Source of the DNA: Octopus bimaculoides
Lineage: Eukaryota
NCBI RefSeq assembly: GCF_001194135.2
Contig: NC_068982.1
Coordinates: forward strand, 165,535,736 to 165,599,735
Length of the DNA stretch: 64,000 nt
Direction of reading: 5' to 3'
Made by a program: the position numbers and the translations under genes. This document shows positions 38,819 to 51,949 of the stretch, one piece after another. The notes under the pieces are model-generated. The model had not been told where the DNA came from and did not search any database. It saw only the letters and a list, made by a program, of their open reading frames with translations. The stretch's first letter is position 1, and each line of letters opens with the position of its first letter.

Positions 38819-41232
38819 GAGAGATAGAGAACGAGCGGAATATTGAAATAACCGACGTTAAAAAAGTCAGCGTCGAAACAGCGACGTCAATTAGACCGCA
38901 CTAAAATAGCTGTGCCGTCTCATAACCATATTAACACCGTTGTGAATAATGTGATTAAACAGCAACTTTGCCTTACTCTTCAAGCTCAGAAGTGTGACCA
39001 GTGTCGTTATTTTTTCGTTTATTTACACCTGTATTAGTGCGAGAATATTCATCGTTTGCTTATTAGTTACTTAAAGAATTATAATATATACAAATACAGT
39101 TGAACTGGTCTCTCTATTTTGTATGACAGTGTCGGCATCAATTACCTAGTTAATTAAATAATTAATAATACACGACCGTGTTAAAGGATAATTTGATAGA
39201 GGGCATGGACACACACACCGTCTCACGACCATACACACGCACACACATGCCCCCTATTAAGATAAATTACACTATATTATGGTATATATTATTGTTTCTG
39301 GAACGAGGATATGTATGATCTATTATAGAGCTAATATTGTGTGTTGACGGGAGATCTTCTCTTTGTTACATGAGAATTAACTGCTCAAAGTAAATGCAAT
39401 ATGCAATTCTCGGCCATATAAATACATACATACATAAAACTTTCCAGAAGTTTATCATTTAAAAATATGAGCATGTCTAGATATGCAAATATATGCATGA
39501 TAATATATACATTAAACATAGATATCTGCACATACATACATACATACATACATACATACATACAAACAAAATTACCCTGTTGATGTTGAAATTCCAATGA
39601 AGGAGCATTGGATCTAGGTTAGAAACCGGCTCTTTCTCTATTGGTAAGAAATCTTGAAATATACCTGAATGACATACATAAATGCAAAAATACATAAATG
39701 CGTGTGTTGCGCGCACGCGCGTGTATTTACATGAAGTTGAATATATGTCCGGTCATGGAGTCGCAATTAGTTTCACATTCATAAAGCGCTTAGCTTCATA
39801 GACGACGGGTGGGCATATAATCTCTGTATGAGGCTTCAAAAGGGACCGGTTATATCCATGACACCCATCTCGTTGGCAAATGTTAAGAATCTAAATGGAG
39901 AAGTGAGAATCTCCGCCCTTAGGCTGGTTCCGGTCTGCAAGTACCTTTTACATCCCTAATCGACGGACGGGGAGTAGTGTTTGAAATGTGTGCAGGGGCT
40001 ATAGATCTTATGTCTTGAGATTAAGAGATATCCTGGGTCCAGCGAGTGTTTAAGAATCTCTGCCTGCTCTGCTATGCAAGGCTTGCATCGTCCGCTCTCA
40101 TTTATATAACTTCATAAAAAATAAAATGCGGGATCATAGGGCAACCGGGGTCCCAATATAAACAGGAGCGGATGATGCAAGCTTTGCGGAAATTTGTCAC
40201 TTTTCATTGCTTTCAATTGCTTCTTGGCGGCACTATAGAGAATTCTTAGGAAAGCATTGTGCTCCATGATGTACTGCAATCTCCTGTGCGGGGATGGCAT
40301 TACATCACAGGTGACTTAAAGAAAGAAACTCAACCGGGATGTGCTACACCATCAGATTCCATCCCGACCCACCTTCCTTTCAGTTAACCCTCTTACTCAC
40401 TTGGTCATCTGACATTGCTGAAGGAATTGAATTAAATGCAATTCCCTTTTCTCTGCTTCTTTAACTTTACCACAGCCACTGATGGTTGTCCTGCACACCT
40501 TCTGTGGTATTGTCTAAAATAGTTTAAATGGATTGCAACCAATCACATTTCGGTCATTTTGAATTTTTCTCACTATATCTCAGTGTTCCAGTGATGCTAT
40601 TATGTTATCAGCTTCTTTCTCTGTGAACCATTGTCATGCAGTTTTGACATTGGCGAATTGTCCCGTATTTCTACGTCTCCAGAATTTCTCAGCATCATCA
40701 CCGTTCCCATCTTTCCAACTTGGTAGATCTCAACAATTGATTTTACAGATAGTTGGAGAAACTTTCTTTTCCGAGAGCAATTCTATTGCAACTGTATAAC
40801 GAAATGGTTACCAAGTACTTTGTCTTACGGAGCCGAATGAAGTCCGGTAGACACAATAAGTTTTACTAAGAAATATTAAAAAGTTTTCAGTCTGTTAGCA
40901 GAAGTTTACAAAAGGTTGCTTACGTTTTATCGGTTCTTATTCGAAGATATCACATCAGCTAATCATGTTTTGTTTCCCAGCATACATAAACTACACCTAA
41001 TATCTGTCTTACATTATTTAATATTTAATGACTTCCTTTAAGAAAGATTTGTTAATTATCTGCATGATAAATTAAAGGAATGTTAAACTTTTATCCTCCT
41101 CTCAGCTAATTACAATGAATGACAAGATATGGCGGTGGTGCACTACCCTGGTGACTGATAACAGTAACACGAAACATCATAACCAAAGATACGAGTTTTA
41201 CATCCTGCATGGCAAATCTCATGACCGAAACA

Positions 41233-41361
41233 TGAACAACTACATGGTTCTGGGTTCAGTTCCATTGTGTGGCATCCTGGGCAGGTGTCTTCTACTATAG
41301 CCTCGGGTCGACCAACTCCTTGTGAGCAGATCTGGTAGACGGAAGCTGAAGGAAACCCATC

Positions 41362-41397
<36 letters not shown>

Positions 41398-41583
41398 ATA
41401 TGCACATGTGTATGTTTGTGCCCCCACCATCGCTTGAAACCGATGTTGGTGTGTTCACGTTCCCGTAACTTAAAGGTTCTCCATGATAGACCGATAGAAT
41501 ATGTCCTGGGGTCGATTTGTTCGATTAAAGGCGGTGATCCAGCATGGCCGCAGTCAAATGACTGAAACAAATAAAAGAATAAA
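41233..41583 (+). mobile_element. SINE family A, head partly lost
   Basis: GGTTCAGTTCC B-box, central domain, tail GACTGAAACAAATAAAAGAATAAA. Confidence 0.88.
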
Positions 41584-42147
41584 CTACGCTCTTGATCAGA
41601 AACAAGATATAACCGAAATGCGGTACCCGTATAACACAGTTTATATATGATAAATTCATGGTTTCTTACTTTATTACAGTGTTCTCTCACAATATTGTAT
41701 TCACATGCACAGAATCATACGTTCCCCAGCAAAGTCACTTTAAATTATTTTTCAATGCGTGTACGATAAACATACTAGACTTGGTTTTTCTACAAAATAT
41801 ATTTGTAAACTAGAGGCTTATGCGAAAGTACGTCTTTTACGAAAGGACGTCTTATGTGAAAGTACGTCTTTTACGCCGGCAAAATACGTGAAGTTTGCAT
41901 TTGATTATTCTGGGGTCTATAAAATAAAGCATTTGTCGATTTAATTTACTGCCGTTCAGTAGTAACGTGCAGTTAGCTTGCATGGTTCGATACAAACCAA
42001 ATTCCGCCCCATCTTACAGCTCAGATGATAGGTGCAGTCAAACTGCACTACCATGATCAATATTATGTATCTGTAGCACACTACATATTACTGTCAGTAC
42101 AGCAGACAAACACACGTATACACACACATACCTCTCTCTCTCCCTCC

Positions 42148-42180
<33 letters not shown>

Positions 42181-42680
42181 ACTCCTTTCTCTTTATCTCT
42201 CTATTGCTAACTATTTCTCCCTCCCTCTCACTGTAACCGGGCTTCATTTAAAGGGATGACTCTAAAGGAGAAAAATAATTTTACAACAAATTTAGTTATT
42301 GGTCGACTTATGGATTGGAATGTCAATAAAGGAAGCAATAAACAGAGTTAAATGATCGAGTTCTATAGGCACCGTAACGAAAGGTTATAGATACTATCAG
42401 GTAACGCATTGTATATTTAATGTGTCTCTCCCTCAAATTGTCCCATTAGGCAATATAAAATCTCATTATAGTTAACTATATTCAAATTTATCAATTCTGC
42501 TCTAGAGACAAAATGTTTTATGAGGTCTATCCAAATCTATGAGAATTATAGGTATAAGTATTAAGATTTTATGGGATCTGCGGCAATCCCTATAATATAT
42601 ATTGAGTACTTTTCCTTTTACGAGCATATTTCCACACATACAAACACACACACACATACAAACACATATGTATATGTATA

Positions 42681-42740
<60 letters not shown>

Positions 42741-42859
42741 NNNNNNNNNNNNNNNNNNNNNNNNNNNNNNNNNNNNNNNNNNNNNNNNNNNNNNNNNNNN
42801 NNNNNNNNNNNNNNNNNNNNNNNNNNNNNNNNNNNNNNNNNNNNNNNNNNNNNNNNNNN

Positions 42860-42890
<31 letters not shown>

Positions 42891-42949
42891 GTGTATACAT
42901 ATATATAGTAAAGTGTAATTATAATTATCTACATGGTAAGAGATACGAT

Positions 42950-43085
42950 GAAACGGCAGACGAAATGTCCAGAATTTTATATATTTTATATTCTGAGTTC
43001 AAGTCCCACTGAGATCAGCTTTGCCTAAGGTCCATTTGGATTCAATAATATAAAGTGCCAGTAAATGATAAGGCCGTTTCAATCG
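42950..43085 (+). mobile_element. SINE family B, highly degenerate
   Basis: GACGAAATG..TTCTGAGTTCAAGTCCC..CAGCTTTGCC. Confidence 0.55.
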
Positions 43086-45354
43086 TAGAACACTGTTTAG
43101 TCCTGCATATTTGTGAGAAAAACGTATGATTACTACTGCTCTACTTTAGTAGAAAATATGTTTGTGCTAAGGTTTTATGTCTGAATTTTCATTTTGTATT
43201 ATTTTTGTATGCAGCAACATTAGTAATATTAGTATACCAGCGATGATCCTAATGCCTAAAACTCTCTTATTTCTTCTTCTTATGTTCCGAGTCCTAATAC
43301 TATCATATTCAACTTTATCAAATACTCTGCGTTAATAAATTAAGTACCACTCATGTAACTGCTCAAATTAATCGGCGTATAGCATAGGTACATCAACAAT
43401 GTACCTATGTGAAAGATATTTATGGCACACTACAGGGTTAAATAACTTACACACACATAAACACTCACACACACATATGTATGTATGTACGTACTTACGC
43501 ATTATGTATGTATGTATGTATGAATGTATTATGTATGTATGTATGTATGTCCACCAAAGATTGTCCAGACCACATCTAACCTAACAGCATCATCTGATAC
43601 GATCTGTTAAACCCTTTTAAGTCACGAAACTTTTCAGTTTTGGTTTGAAGATGATGGGATGTTTTTATTCGTTAATTTGTTTTAGGGTAATGTCAAATTG
43701 AGCTGGGCCTGTAAAGGAAAAGAAATTGGGTTGCAATGAACTTATGTGTTGTAATCCTGAATTGTGTACGGCAAGTGGTCTCAGCCTAGGATGAATTCTG
43801 TATATGGTTTTCGTTTAGAGAATGCTGGTGGTAAATTCTCCATATTGTGTAAATGATGTAGCGCTAGAGAATGGTGCAAATGATGGCGCTGGAGAAAATA
43901 AAACTTTTGATGTTTAAGGCGATACCAATAATTATTTGTATAATCATTGATTATGATCAAGATCGGCTGTGCCGTTTGTTTTTTAGTCAATTCTCATTAC
44001 GTTTTGCTTGGTGTGTGGAGACCACCGAGGTCAGCAGTATTCTGCGTGTAGTCATACAAAGGAGGAGGAAAGGGAAAGGATGATAGCTCGGTCTCCGGAC
44101 CGGAAAGTCCTGAGAATTTACAACATCGAATTTATTGTTGACGTGAGTACTCCAGCTGCGATTGTTGTCAACAATTACTCCTTAGTCCCGGATATTATAG
44201 GATGATGTGTATAGTTTCCCTAAAGGAAGAGAATGTGGATATTTGAACGCGTTCATTTTTCCAAAGTGCATGAATTCAAATTTTTCCTCATTTAACCGCA
44301 TTTGAGGCATTCATTATACTGCTAAAGATACTAGATCTTTGAATTTGTCCTTGCCATATTATTGCCAAAAAGGGTACATTGATATTGTTGGAGCATTAAA
44401 TTAACTGCAGGTTGACCAAATGTGTTAAATACGAGTTGTCTACTCTGCACTGGAATTGAAATGTCTAAATCTTCTTGACGAATCAAGTAGTCTGTCATAA
44501 TTGTAGTCTGACAACATTAGATAATTACTGGAACAAGTTACTTAATGCAAAGATTTATATCATAATAAGCATTCTAAGGATTAGAACTCTCTTTGATAAT
44601 TTCAGTTTGATCTATATCGATTAAAGTACACGTGACGAAATCTCAATGAATTAACATCTCCTACTGGGCAGTAAGTTAAAATACGCCGTTAAGTATGCCC
44701 TATACAAGGTAACTTTTAAAATATCTTTTATTGGGGAGCTTCGTTTGCTTAATAACTGGAGCAAAATGTTCTGAAAAAGTGTTATTAATATTTTAGGTTA
44801 CAGTTTTTATTCTAACCTCAACCACGAAAAGGTGACAAAGATATAATTGGACAAAATTCTAAAACAGCTACATCATTTTAAATACCGATAAAAGTACTGG
44901 AATTTGTATGTTATTGTTTGATGTATAAGGAAGATAAAGATATATTCAGTAAGTTCTCTTCGGATTTGATGGCGACCATAGGGTACGGGTCAACTTTAAA
45001 GGTCAAAAAGAGGTCAAGACTTTAGAAAGAATGGGCGGAGTGTTAGTGAATAAGTGTCCGAAGATATAGGATACAGTTTGATAAATGAGAATATCATTTA
45101 AAATGTCAACTGAAGACAAGTTGGCAACTGTTCATAAATGTTTATAAACAAGCTTGAAGTGCTGAACATTTACAACAGAATATATACATTTTAATCTCCC
45201 CAACACATATTGATCATTTTGGCATTTTTAATGAGCGTTCAGATGATGATGATGATGATGATGATAGCAATATTAATTTAAATAATAAAAATTGTTACAG
45301 CAACTTTATGGAAGACCAGCAACTTTATGCAAGACCAGCAACTTTATGGAAGGG

Positions 45355-45510
45355 TGTAGCCGATTGCAGTACTTGATTAGTACTTTATTTTATGGAACTC
45401 GGAGGGATAAAAGTCAGTGTTGATCGCAACGAAATTTAAACGTAAACAACCGGACGAAATGCCGCTAAGCATTATAGTATTTTCTCCGATGCGCTAATTT
45501 TTCTGCCAGA
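45355..45510 (-). mobile_element. SINE family B, degenerate
   Basis: Reverse complement TGGCAGAAAAATTAGCGCATCGG..AATGCTTAGCGGCATTTCGTCCGG matches the family B head. Confidence 0.65.
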
Positions 45511-45524
45511 TAACTGCTTTAGTA

Positions 45525-45564
<40 letters not shown>

Positions 45565-45566
<2 letters not shown>

Positions 45567-46328
45567 GCAAGAAAAGCCCCTACATGGTAAATACTGGGCT
45601 AAACTAAATGCGAAAGAAATAGACAGAGAAAAATCCCAGCGATGGCTGAGAAGCTCAGGACTCAAAGCAGAGACTGAAGGATTTTTAATTGCTGCACAAG
45701 ACCAAAGCCTCCCCACCAGAAATTACCAAAAACACATAATGAAAAGAAATATAACAAGTAACTGTAGAATATGTGGAGATCGACAAGAAACAATAAATCA
45801 TATTATCTCTGGCTGCCCNNNNNNNNNNNNNNNNNNNNNNNNNNNNNNNNNNNNNNNNNNNNNNNNNNNNNNNNNNNNNNNNNNNNNNNNNNNNNNNNNN
45901 NNNNNNNNNNNNNNNNNNNNNNNNNNNNNNNNNNNNNNNNNNNNNNNNNNNNNNNNNNNNNNNNNNNNNNNCAATACCAGCAGATGACAACGTTTCTCTA
46001 AAAGAAATGGAAAAACTTTCAAAATACAAAGACCTGGAAATAGAGATAACTCGAATGTGGAATCTAAAAACAGAAACAATTCCTATCATAGTAGGTGCCT
46101 TAGGTATAATAAAAAAATATTCAGACAAATACATAACAAAAACACCAGGACTTACAAATATATATAACATACAGAAAATTGCACTACTGGGTACTGCACA
46201 CATTCTACGCAAAACACTTTCAATACAGTAAACATAAGAGCACCACAGCAAACCACAGCACATACCCAAGGCGCACAGAGCTGCGCTCGGTAGTGAAGTG
46301 AAAGCACGTTATAAAAATAAAACTACTG
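45565..46328 (+). mobile_element. Young 5'-truncated R4/Dong-like RLE retrotransposon inserted in (TAA)n
   Basis: Stop-free frame WQEKPLHGKYW...GLKAETEGFLIAAQDQSLPTRNYQ...CRICGDRQETINHIISGCP [gap] IPADDNVSLKEMEKLSKYKDLEIEITRMWNLKTETIPIIVGALG...IQKIALLGTAHILRKTLSIQ* (stop ends 46231), then a ~97-bp 3'UTR. (TAA)13 on the left, (AAT)8 on the right. Confidence 0.93.
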
Positions 46329-46369
46329 AATAATAATAATAATAATAATAATGAAAAAAATGTGGGAAG

Positions 46370-48160
46370 TTTTTTTTTTGTTCCCCGTTAGAATCACATA
46401 TCGAATGAATTATAGATATAATGAAAATGACAATGAAATGGCTACCTACCCCTAAAGCAGGTAGTTTCATTTTACTGTTTTTAAATGATCAGCTCATATT
46501 GGTCTTGTATCTGTTGGTTTATGACATATACTGTATTAACTCTTCGAAGGCCACCACCGGTGGCAATTCGTCGTAGCGAAAGTGTATTCCTCTCATTTCT
46601 GTTCTTTCACCAAACAACTCCTTCAGTTTCTGCCCTCTTTTTTTTTTTTTTTTCAACAAAACACTTTTAAAACCTTCGTTATACTCTTTGGCCGCTAATT
46701 TCACTCTAATAACGTCCTTCATATTCGCAATTCTCTTTTCTGTCTCTACACATTTTGGGTATTGCGCCATTGTTCTTATGTTTTTTCCTTTTGGGTGTCA
46801 CTCTTCTTCTCTCTTCACCAATCCCCTCCTCTGCCATTGGCATTGCATTTCTGTCTCTGTCTATCCCTCATTCTGTGTTGCTATAATCTGTCTTTCATTT
46901 TCCTTTCTCTTCTGTATTATTTCCTACTTACTAGTTGATGGTCTCTGCGTTTGCTCCTCACTTACTTTTGTATGTCTCTTCATTTTTTTCTCTTCTCATC
47001 TGTATTTTCTTGTTTTTCATTCTGCTTCTCCTCTCCACTTTCCTTTCTTTTCTTCTTCATACTTTTTCGTGGGGGATCTGTCTTCTTTCTTTTTACCACT
47101 GTATGTTGCTCCTCTATTATCTCCTCTTCCACGGTTGTACCCTTCTTCTTCCTGATATTCCTTGCATGTCCCCTTACTCCACAAAGAAAACATACAGGTG
47201 GTCTTCCTTCCAATACTATTCTCAACCTTGCTTCGTTCGGCAGTATCAGTTCTTCCGCAATCTTGTGGAGGTCTGGCAAGCTTATATGGACCAACACCTC
47301 TAGTCCATACGCCTAACAGTTCACCTCCTAGTTTTTGATATTTTTATTATCTCCGTGTCTTCCTCTGTGTTGAAGAAAATGGCCGCCACCAGCCACGCCT
47401 CATCAATTTCTGGGGGAACTCTACCTATTCTTACTCTGGCCTCACGTTTGCCACAGTAAGTCGGTAAGAGCGCCCACTCCGCTGATCTCAAAGGCACAGT
47501 GGAGCACTTCCTGTCTTCCTCCTCACTCGCAAAGCTCATCTCCACTGTGCCGCACTTCCCTCCTCCGGTGTAGAACGTTGCTACGTTTCTAACCTCTCTG
47601 AGGCACCCTCGACCGCCTCCACCGCTGCCATTTCCACCCTTCTTGCTGCAATCTCCAATGCTTTGTACACAACTGCTACCCTCTCCGTACCACCTGCGCC
47701 CCCCCCTCGGGTGGTGTCAACCTTAGGCCACCTCCTTCCCCTCCCAATAAATCGTTGAATCCTTTAAAGCTTCTTTCCTGCAATCCAGCCTCTTCAACTT
47801 GCAGTCCCTCCACTGACCGGATCCTGCCAGTCACTGCAGGACAACTGCTCGCCTGCACTGGTGCACCCCCACACTATTCACGACCTCACCCATAAATGGA
47901 TAAGAAAATTAAAAAAACGGTGACAACAAGTTCAACAAGCAACAACAATCCCACAGTTCAACAAACAACAGTCAAACAAAAATGACACTCACAAAGAGCG
48001 CACACCCCTCCAACTCACCAACTCAACAAAACACTAGCGACAACGCCGACCTCCTCTCAACGATTAGGTGGAGATGATTTTTAAAATGAGAATATCTAAA
48101 ACAAACTCGACTGCTCTCACAAACAAGAATACTAAAAATGAACCCGACCGCTCTTAAATA
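46370..48160 (-). mobile_element. L1/Tx1-like element with 5'UTR and frameshifted ORF1, no ORF2 visible
   Basis: Minus-strand ORF pieces 47321..47545 (LLPTYCGKREARVRIGRVPP), 46980..47297 (VLEGRPPVCFLCGVRGH, partial CCHC knuckle) and 46519..46770. GT-rich 5' region extends to ~48160. A10 tract (T10 at 46370-46379) lies ~140 bp after the last stop. Confidence 0.65.
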
Positions 48161-48189
48161 TTAAGTAAAAAAAAAAAACAAAAAAAACG

Positions 48190-48345
48190 GCAAAATAATT
48201 CAAAATCCTTGCCTGGTACCGGATCGATCCCAAAATCTAATCAGTTCGTGCCAGTTATGAGGCCAAACATCCCTGAAAAGTTCACCCGAATCCATCCAGC
48301 GGTTCTTGAGATATCTTTTACACGGATAAACAATTAAACAAACAC
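48190..48345 (+). mobile_element. Helentron/HINE (DINE-1-like) non-autonomous fragment
   Basis: CCAAAATCTAATCAGTTC..AAGTTCACCCGAATCCATCCAGCGGTTCTTGAGATATC..ACAAACA resembles the HINE core (recalled). The 3' palindrome is absent. Confidence 0.5.
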
Positions 48346-48353
48346 GTCTGAAG

Positions 48354-48453
48354 GAAGAAGAAGAAGAAGAAGAAGAAGAAGAAGAAGAAGAAGAAGAAGA
48401 AGAAGAAGAAGAAGAAGAAGAAGAAGAAGAAGAAGAAGAAGAAGAAGAAGAAG

Positions 48454-48506
<53 letters not shown>

Positions 48507-48520
48507 AAACAAAAACAACA
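48354..48520. repeat. (GAA)34 followed by (CAA)n
   Basis: Read directly. Confidence 0.97.
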
Positions 48521-49779
48521 ACAAAAGGAGAAGAAGACACCAGCAACAATTGATATGACGGTGATAGTAATGTTGATAATGATAATCATGGTTGTGATCA
48601 TAAATATCTAAAGTTAGAATTTCGTGGTGATGCAAATGAAGTTCTAATTTATCCAACTTCCTTATCTTCAACTATATTTCATAGTCAATGGCCTTATAGA
48701 CATTTCAATTTATCATATTATATCTTTTCTTTGCGAAGGACAAGATTTGGCTTATTACCAAAGATAACATAATTATTTAGTAATCAGGTGTTCATTTGTC
48801 ACTTAACCCTTCACATACATTTATTTCTTTACAGTTCTTCAACCGAACGAAATACTGAGTGCATGATTTGCATAAGAAAAGCATTTATCATTAAATAATT
48901 TGTTTTATTAGGCTGACCAATTGGTGAGGACATTGCCTCCGTTCTAAATTAGAAGTTCACATCAGTTAACTGTCGCTTTAAATAAATCATACAACTGTTG
49001 AGGATACCTTAATATTTATAATTTATATAACGATCTATAATGAATTCAGTACGAAAATTATATCTTTCTGATACTAAGAGGAAAGCTAAATATCAATAAC
49101 TTGGAACATCTATTTTATCCTAAGATCGGTTACACAGAGCAATAAATCCAGGAAAAAGATGTAATATTAATACTTCCTTCCTCATTTCATTAAACCCAGC
49201 TTCGGTTACTAATATGAATGTCTATATTTGATAAACGACTAAATATTTTGTTGGTTCGTTATGGGCGAATTAATCAAGACCGTTGCTTGATTAGTGCTTA
49301 TTTTCTTGAGGCCAAAGGTTCGAAGAACTAAGGTTTAGGCGTTAGTATTTCAATTCTTACAGTGGGAACTAAAGTGGCAAACTATACCAATAGTTACAAA
49401 TGAGATAAATCCTACTACAATACAACGTAATGCGATAAAATAGCCATCCGTCGAGCCAAGGGTCATTCTGTATTTGCTCGACTTGCAAGAAATAATAAAC
49501 TACTCTTTATCAGACCACAATTTGCCATGTTGGAAAAAGAAGTATTTACATTGGTCTATGTTGGAACTGTTTTGATTGTAAGATGCAAGAGAAATATTTA
49601 ACATCGAATTATACGTACTCGCGATTATGCCACTATAAACCCGAAAAATCAGAGCATTTATGTATACATAATTCACACACATTTATGTATATATATACAT
49701 ACATACAAACATGCATATATATATATATATATACGTATATGCAAACATACATACATGCATACATACAAACATACACACA

Positions 49780-49827
<48 letters not shown>

Positions 49828-51949
49828 CATAAAAACGAAGCTCAGTGAAATCGCTATGCAGTCATCTCTTCTTTGGGCGGAGGAGACTCAAAAATTTAGA
49901 GTATTAGGTAGTCCAATGCATCAAAGAGAAAACTAATCTGTGTCACAGAAGTTGTTTACCTTTCTAATGTATACACTTGTTCACATGCACATTTACTGCT
50001 TCAATATTTTGTGCAAACAAATAACTCAAATAAATCAGGTTTCCAATTTCTCAACACTTGGATATGTATATTGGAATAAGTTTTGTCTTTAATGGATTGC
50101 AGCAAATAACTATCTTTGGTAACGTGGGGGAGTCACGTAAAAAATATTTTATAACACCGTCTTCTGATATACATACAAGCTATAACCATAAAAGTAAGTG
50201 CAGACATCAAATAATTCAAATTGAAGAACCACATCCTAAAGTTATGTGAACTATCGACTTTTATGCAATTACTCTTTTAAGAAATGCTACTGCTACTATT
50301 GTAGTTGTATTTCTATCTGCATTCAACATTTCAGCATTGGCGTCACAATATTACTTCAAATACAGATATTTTTTTTGCTTTGAATGGTTATACATATTGA
50401 CTTGCTGGCACCCTGGGTTCTTTAGATGAGGTCATTGTATATTGAGTGATTACTGTATGGTCTGATCTTTAGAACTTTGTCTTTTCACAGTCACCTTTTA
50501 GAGACCTGCGTCGAAATAACATTTCCTATGCAAGTGGATGTCGAAAGAATCGTATATTAAATGTTAGCGTTACGTGGGGTGAACGACATTTATAGTCATA
50601 ATATGAATAAAATATCATTTATGTTAGCTAAAAGAAACAGACAGAAGGAATAGAAACCAGCAAGTAATTGACGTATTTGCCTTCCTTGTGGTGAAATGTT
50701 GACAAACTTATTTGAATTGACGATGCGTTTGAAGTGGAAACAGGAGTGAGAATATAAATACTTGTTCCTCTCCCAGAAAGCTCTCTCAATTCCCTATAAT
50801 ACTGCATTCGACTTGTATGTTTTATAACTAGAGAACTTCGCCCAGCAGTTATTTATATGATATAAACCAGTGTTGCTGTGCAATTTGCTTTCGAGGAGAC
50901 TAACAGGCCAAGCATATATTGTTTAAGTATACTTTTCGGATTGTCGCTGCTGTTTAAGCGAAGGTCAACCTTCATCAAGCAGAGCTATATGAAGTGACAT
51001 TACAAACTTATTTTATGACATCGTGTATCAAGGGCTATATTATCCAGTATGTCATTTATTTTTAAGGTGTTGAGTGTGATATGAGGGTATTTTGATGGCT
51101 ATATGTCACAAATTGAGAAACCGCATTAGGTCTCCCTCGAAAGCTTGCTCTCGTGTCTTTGTGTTCATACCAGATGCAGGAATACCATGCGTCTTTATGG
51201 AAAAGATTGATAACAAAGTTGTATCAAAATGGATAACTATTGTTCAGGGTTTGCTAACCGAGTTTTCACGGAAACCTAATGTTCCATGAAAAGTACTTAT
51301 GTATAATAGGATACATATATGCAAATCCATTTTGGAATAATTTTGATGGTTAATTCTACATTTATAACTTTATTAGATACACACATGGCATATTTACTAA
51401 AGAACGGAAATCTTGTCTTCGGGTGTACGAAACCCGAAGGGGAAACTGATATCTTAACGGAAAACTGCTCAGTAACTTGATCCAAACCAAATCTTAATTA
51501 AGGCAAAATTTCAGAAGCATTAATCGTGACGTATAATGGACCTAGCACTGCTCAAAGTTTCAAAGGCATTTCTATGATCCTTTTAATCTCTTATGAAATG
51601 TTTAACTTTATTACACAAAAAGGAAAAACTTAATGAAGAACTGTTCCTTGTGACTTGAAATTATTTCAAGATATTCCACAAGATTGGAGATGCTCCTGTT
51701 TAGAAAAATTGGCGATTTCTTTCAGTCATTACCCACAACTGACGAGCACGTGTAACGTTGGCAATATAACAGTTTATTTCGCCTATTCTTAAACATATAG
51801 TACGTATGAATTAGCGAAATGCATGTAATTGATATTCAGTTATAATTTCAAAATTATAATTATTGATAAGGAAACGTGTGCAGTGAGATCTAGTTTATTC
51901 AGGACTAGAGGCAGTTGATAATTTCTAATTCTAGCAAGTCAACACAGTT

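Noticed and set aside
38032-38827. 257-262 aa R/E/T/K-rich ORFs
   Set aside because: Translation of the 18-bp minisatellite plus an N gap.
43800-44560. Short protein-like frames (CLVCGDH..., minus-strand MTDYLIRQEDLDISIP...)
   Set aside because: No convincing donor sites or recognisable family motifs; could be chance or an unidentifiable TE remnant.
38144-45352. Short regular repeats as CRISPR-like arrays
   Set aside because: Units are contiguous with no unique spacers, no cas genes are present, and the context is eukaryotic.
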